This document shows, piece by piece, positions 59,291 to 64,000 of a stretch of DNA of 64,000 nt. The DNA comes from Entomortierella parvispora E1425. Lineage: Eukaryota; Fungi; Mortierellomycota. The DNA is taken from NCBI GenBank assembly GCA_020891255.1, contig BQFW01000008.1, forward strand, positions 2,728,001 through 2,792,000. Reading direction: 5' to 3'. The notes below the pieces were generated by a model that was given only the letters and a program-made list of their open reading frames with translations, was not told the origin of the DNA and searched no databases. Positions within the stretch are counted from its first letter, which is position 1; each line of letters opens with the position of its first letter. Made by a program: the position numbers and the translations under genes.

Positions 59291-61654
59291 ATGGCGACGC
59301 GAAAACCGAGAGCAAAGTCTGCACGCATCGAGCCCATGGACATGGAATCCTCCTCCTTGCAGGTGACAGTCCAGCGAAAGGAGCAACAGCCGCAGCCGCC
59401 GTTGTCACGGCAGCAACCACCTTTAGAGCAACAGCAGCTCCCACAGCCATCAGAGTCACCCCCAAAGCAGCAACTACCCCAGCAGCACCAAACACACCAA
59501 CCACCACAAATACTGTCACCACCACCTAAGCCAATAACTCCATTACCACAAGAACAAGAATGTCAACTCCTCTCAGCCAGTGCGGGAAAGCTTGCAACGG
59601 ATATCCCCGAGATTCTTCTCATGATCATGCAGCATTGGTCACACAGCAAAAGGACCTTGGCCCGCCTGCGTCTTGTATCTCGATCATTTAGGGATGCAGC
59701 TGATCGATACTTTCGAATCCCACTCCGAATCGAGGACGTGAAGTATGGAGCGGAGCGCTTTCCTCGCCTTGAGAGACTACGAGCAGTACACCTTTTACAG
59801 TGTCCTCACCTCATCTCTGTGCTCAGAGTGGTGGATATCCCGGTCGCTGAGGACAACTGTGGTATCCCCTTTGATTTCATAGCAACAAACTGCACCGAGC
59901 TGAAATCATTATCGATCTTCCCCAGGTTTAAGGTCAAAGGAGAGCAAATTTATGCGCGAGTGGATCATCCTTATCAGCAAAATCTGATCCAGCAGCTGTT
60001 GCTAGGATCTATGGCACGCTCCCTGTCAGGCACAGACACTGCGACATCCACGGAAGTATCACAGCCATCGTCAGGGCCGGTACCGGAGCAATTTGGACTA
60101 CCTTCCCCGAAAGATGCCTGTTATCGGCTGAAAGAGCTGATAGTAGGGGGGCCCATTCCAGAGTGGGATATCTATCCTTTGCTGGGAGCCCCCTTTCCAG
60201 CCAGTGACCTCTGCAGAGTTCCGGAATCATTGCTAGGACTCGAAGTATTGTCCATCAAGGGCCTGCGGGATTGGAAATCGCGAGAGTTCACCATGTTCTG
60301 CCAACACTTTCCACAACTGTCGCAGTTTGCTCTCTGCATCTGGCGCCCAGAACATATCACAGCAGACCAGCGATCAACCATCATGGCCTGCTCCAACGAA
60401 ACATCTACATCCACGACAACGACCACCCTGATGTCCATTCCAAAGGCGCCTTCATACCCTACCCCGCAGCGATTGGGTATCAAGACACTTCAGCTCAGCG
60501 GGATGACTTCCTTTGGAACGGACGATATACGGAGACTGCTGGACAGTTTTCCTGATTTGGAAGAATTGGACATTCGGTTCAGTCAACAGCGTTCCATTAG
60601 TTGCATTGAAAAGTCAAGTGCAAAAGTCGCCCCTGTTTTCACTGGCTTGAAACGGCTCTCGATCAAATACACCAGTCCAATTACTCTGAGGACCATTGGA
60701 CCCTGTCTTGTGGACCTGGAAGAGCTGTCGTTGATATGTTCTGGATACCTTCTGGACCGGCGCACCTCGTACATTGTGGATGCCTTCAAAAAACGACAAA
60801 CCCAACTGGCGGAAAGTCCCAAACGCTTTCTCAAGAAGCTGGAGCTCAGTCACGCAACCAACGAAACTTCCTGGAATACAGTCAACAAATTTGTGAAGAG
60901 AGCTGGTCTTGCTCTTCTGTTGTCCAAGATGGACCAGTTTCACTATCTGGAGACGTTGGTCCTGGGTGCAAAGCTGTCCCTTTTCATGAAAGTCACCAAA
61001 CCGGTCAAGGCCTTTCGCGTAGCAGAGTACAGGTTTCCACCTTGTTTTCAGACGCTGAGAGTGCTCGAGTTGAAGGCCCCAGAGGAGCACGAGCGAGGTC
61101 GTGTACCGGATGATGTTCAGGATGAGTTTTGGAAAGAGTATCTGCCGAGAATGCCGAGGCTCCAAACGCTCGCAATTCATGATGTCTGGGGTCTTGATCG
61201 GTTCCCATTCAGATGTGGCATGAAACAATCGCCGCTAGAGCCGAGTGCTTGTTGGTTTGCAAAAATAGAGAAAGTCAATGGTGTGCAGCAGTGTGCCTGC
61301 CTAATGCATACCGTCAGCACTGACATCTCCAAGACGGAGCCAGCACCTTCCTGTCGGTACATGGCAGTTAACAGGAAGACGACTAATACAGAAACCCTCC
61401 CGACGCCCATCATGCCGGCGCTACCTTTGCCGATCCCTCGGCTAACAAAGTTGACTCTCCACCTCTATGGACAACTGAAGAGGCCGATCATGGAACGATG
61501 GCCGGTCGCGTTTTTCGACTGGATCGATACACACTTTCCAGAGATGGAAGCGCTTCATCTCCGATGCACAGACTTTGCAGTGGAGATTCGCAATGCCATG
61601 CGAGTGGAAGCCAAGAAAAAATGGCCAGATATGGACTTTGTGATGGACGAGTGA
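59291..61654 (+). CDS. F-box/LRR-like protein with Q/P-rich N-terminus
   Basis: DIPEILLMIMQHW..TLARLRLVSRSFRDAA F-box-like motif followed by LxxLxL repeats; long open frame. Confidence 0.75.
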   Translation: MATRKPRAKSARIEPMDMESSSLQVTVQRKEQQPQPPLSRQQPPLEQQQLPQPSESPPKQQLPQQHQTHQPPQILSPPPKPITPLPQEQECQLLSASAGKLATDIPEILLMIMQHWSHSKRTLARLRLVSRSFRDAADRYFRIPLRIEDVKYGAERFPRLERLRAVHLLQCPHLISVLRVVDIPVAEDNCGIPFDFIATNCTELKSLSIFPRFKVKGEQIYARVDHPYQQNLIQQLLLGSMARSLSGTDTATSTEVSQPSSGPVPEQFGLPSPKDACYRLKELIVGGPIPEWDIYPLLGAPFPASDLCRVPESLLGLEVLSIKGLRDWKSREFTMFCQHFPQLSQFALCIWRPEHITADQRSTIMACSNETSTSTTTTTLMSIPKAPSYPTPQRLGIKTLQLSGMTSFGTDDIRRLLDSFPDLEELDIRFSQQRSISCIEKSSAKVAPVFTGLKRLSIKYTSPITLRTIGPCLVDLEELSLICSGYLLDRRTSYIVDAFKKRQTQLAESPKRFLKKLELSHATNETSWNTVNKFVKRAGLALLLSKMDQFHYLETLVLGAKLSLFMKVTKPVKAFRVAEYRFPPCFQTLRVLELKAPEEHERGRVPDDVQDEFWKEYLPRMPRLQTLAIHDVWGLDRFPFRCGMKQSPLEPSACWFAKIEKVNGVQQCACLMHTVSTDISKTEPAPSCRYMAVNRKTTNTETLPTPIMPALPLPIPRLTKLTLHLYGQLKRPIMERWPVAFFDWIDTHFPEMEALHLRCTDFAVEIRNAMRVEAKKKWPDMDFVMDE

Positions 61655-61848
61655 ACGCATAGTACGTGCAGGACTTCTCACGAATAAAGATCTTTTTTTC
61701 GCGCGATTGTTCTTCCCTTTGCTGCACGCACGTGATTTTTTTTTTTTTTTTGTCCTTTTGTTGAAAACGTGCGACGCATGCATGCATGCGGTCGTCTGAC
61801 ATTCTACCTTTCCTTTTCGACATTCCCAAGGGCCTGAACTTAACTTGC

Positions 61849-64000
61849 ATGCAACAACACCAACCGTCGCTGCCTCAGCGTCAGCAGCAGCAGCAGCAAC
61901 AGCCACAACAGCGCCCACAGCAGCATCGACGGGCTGCCAGCAAAGACCATCCTCAGTCGCGGCATCAAACGCCTCCGCCACCGCCGTATCTGCGCATCCT
62001 CTTTCCTCGTCACATTCAACAGCGAGAGCCCGTCCCTCAATTGCTGAAGGCACCCCATCCAGACCTTGATGCAGAGGCGTACCATTTCTTAGCATTGCTG
62101 GTGAAGGACTTCATTAATACATGGTACTCGAGCTTTTCGTCGGACCCAGAATTAGTCGCGGCCATTGTCAATGTGGTCCATCAAATTGCTCGAGAACTGG
62201 AAAAGAGGAGTCAGCAGGTAACGAGACTATATTCTTTTTTCAAGCTCTCTATATGCCATAGGCGACTGGATCTAACATAACAGCCCTCCTTCCTCTATAT
62301 AGGTTGACTGGGTCGCGCTTTTGCTGCAGGAAGTGCCTGAAGTTCTGAAGGCACACTACTCCGACTATCGACAGGCAGCTCAAAAATTCGACACGGCTTT
62401 TGCACCCAATCAATCGATCGAATCCATCTTTCACGGACTGCAGCCTCACTTTGCGCTCAGGGACAATGAAGAATCAGAAAAGGAATATCTGAGGCAGCTT
62501 GCGGATGAGATCTTGAAGGCTCTATTGCCAAAAGTCGAGTACCAGTCAGATTGCGTGCGATGGCTGGTCAGGGAGATCATGTGCTGCCTCATCCTCAGGA
62601 GTGTTGTCGAGATCTTGACAGAGCCGGACATGATCAACTACATTGTAAACACTGTATGTGCCCTCTTCACTATGGATGCGATGGAGTTACTTGGTGTCCG
62701 TGGAGACTGAATGCTGACGTTCTGCATCTTTCTCTCTAGTTACTGGCTAGCTTTGAACCGACGGACAAGGAGTATGAGGATTTCTTGCAAAAAGGAGCAG
62801 AGGACATTATCAGACTCAAAGAGCATGACAAACTATCGTCTTTTTTGTCAGGAATGCACAGTACGCCGTCTTCATCAACAAGAGGAAAACTCATACATCG
62901 CTCATCGACGCCTAATATCAAAACTACAGACGAGATGGTTGATTTACTTCAGGATGCACAAGCCTCTGTACTGGAACCATCGCCTAGTGACCGCCACCAT
63001 CCACCCCCTCGACTTAGTCATGCAAAGACCTCGCCATTCTTGTCAAGACCTGAAAGGCATGACAATATCCTCACTCAAAGACTTGCAGGGGCGGAGACCA
63101 GAGGTGTACATTCACCACCCCCAGGCAAGAGTACTTCTGGTGGATCAAACAATGGCAACAGCAGGATATCTGTGTCACCACAATACATCCCGCCTGAAGA
63201 GGCACCACTACCAATACCCGTGAACGAGTTCAGCAATATTGGTCAAAAATTACAATACCCCGATTCTCGGATATCCAACACATCAAAGTCTACAGCTCAG
63301 TCTGGGATCTCAACAGCCAAACAGCAGCATGGTCGCAACACCTCAGCACGAAATTCTAATGTGTGGCCAGCATGGATATGGAACCAAGCTGTTTGGACTG
63401 TGACGGTCGCCCCAGCTGAGTATACCTCGTATATGATCAAAAATGTTTTGATCCCATTCGGTGCCATGCTGGTGGCGTTTCTGCATTTCATGACGGCACT
63501 CCCAAACCGAATCTCTCAGGTGTCACAGTCTTTGGCATGGATCTATTCAGAAATTGAGGCTCCAGCACATGTGGAACTGGAAGCTGGAGTCTTTGGACTT
63601 TTGAATGAAGTCTTTTATCTCGAGCAACGGAATCCCGTCATCTGGAGGCAATGGGAAATTATGGGCTGGCCGCTTGTCAGGACCTTAGGAGGCGGGGCAA
63701 TTGATAGGTAAGACGTTTGTTTTGTTTTTCCCTTGGGCCATTGTTGCACTTTTTAGATTATTACTTCACATGTCTGACGAGGCATTTGTGGTTCATTCTT
63801 GGTTGGTGTTATACACTCTAGACTTTTGGCGCATGGAGTTCACTGGATATTTGCAGAAAAGCAACTAGTCACCTACATCCAGGCTGGTCGGAGGGCACTC
63901 TGGCCGGACCCCAACTCATCTCCCCCTCGACCAAGAGGTGTAAATGAGATGGAGAAAGCACGAAAGGAAGCGGAGCTCAGGATTTTACGCACAATTCCAG
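61849..64000 (+). CDS. PXA-domain (Mdm1/SNX13-14/Pxa1-like) protein, 3' end runs off the window
   Basis: FLALLVKDFINTWYSSFSSD, EKEYLRQLADEILKALLP, VRWLVREIMCCLIL; Nexin_C-like RALWPD..EKARKEAE at the window end. Confidence 0.8.

Overview
Eukaryotic fungal DNA with GT-AG introns, CTAAC branch points and GA/CT-rich intergenic tracts. The gene families suggest Mortierellaceae (inferred, not proven). Host genes: three apparently intact F-box/LRR-like genes plus one F-box pseudogene, an Arm-like/NACHT/pentapeptide/WD40 NLR-like gene, thioredoxin, VPS5, a giant OPT oligopeptide transporter, a carboxylesterase with an in-frame stop, a ricin-B lectin, a PHO80-like cyclin, allantoicase and a PXA-domain gene. 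The accessory centre (14-30 kb) is a tandem duplication of a single-pass membrane-protein gene: the ectodomains are only about half identical while the flanks and tails are near-identical. Intron 1 of the second copy carries a complete 7.6-kb DNA transposon (20485-28082) with a 9-bp TSD, ~1.02-kb TIRs, a RecQ-like helicase and a DDE-type transposase, matching the AcademH lineage. Both transposon genes appear to start inside the TIRs and share the same TIR-encoded exons (~133 identical N-terminal residues). A decayed EF-Tu relic with bacterial-type motifs lies at ~46.9-47.5 kb.
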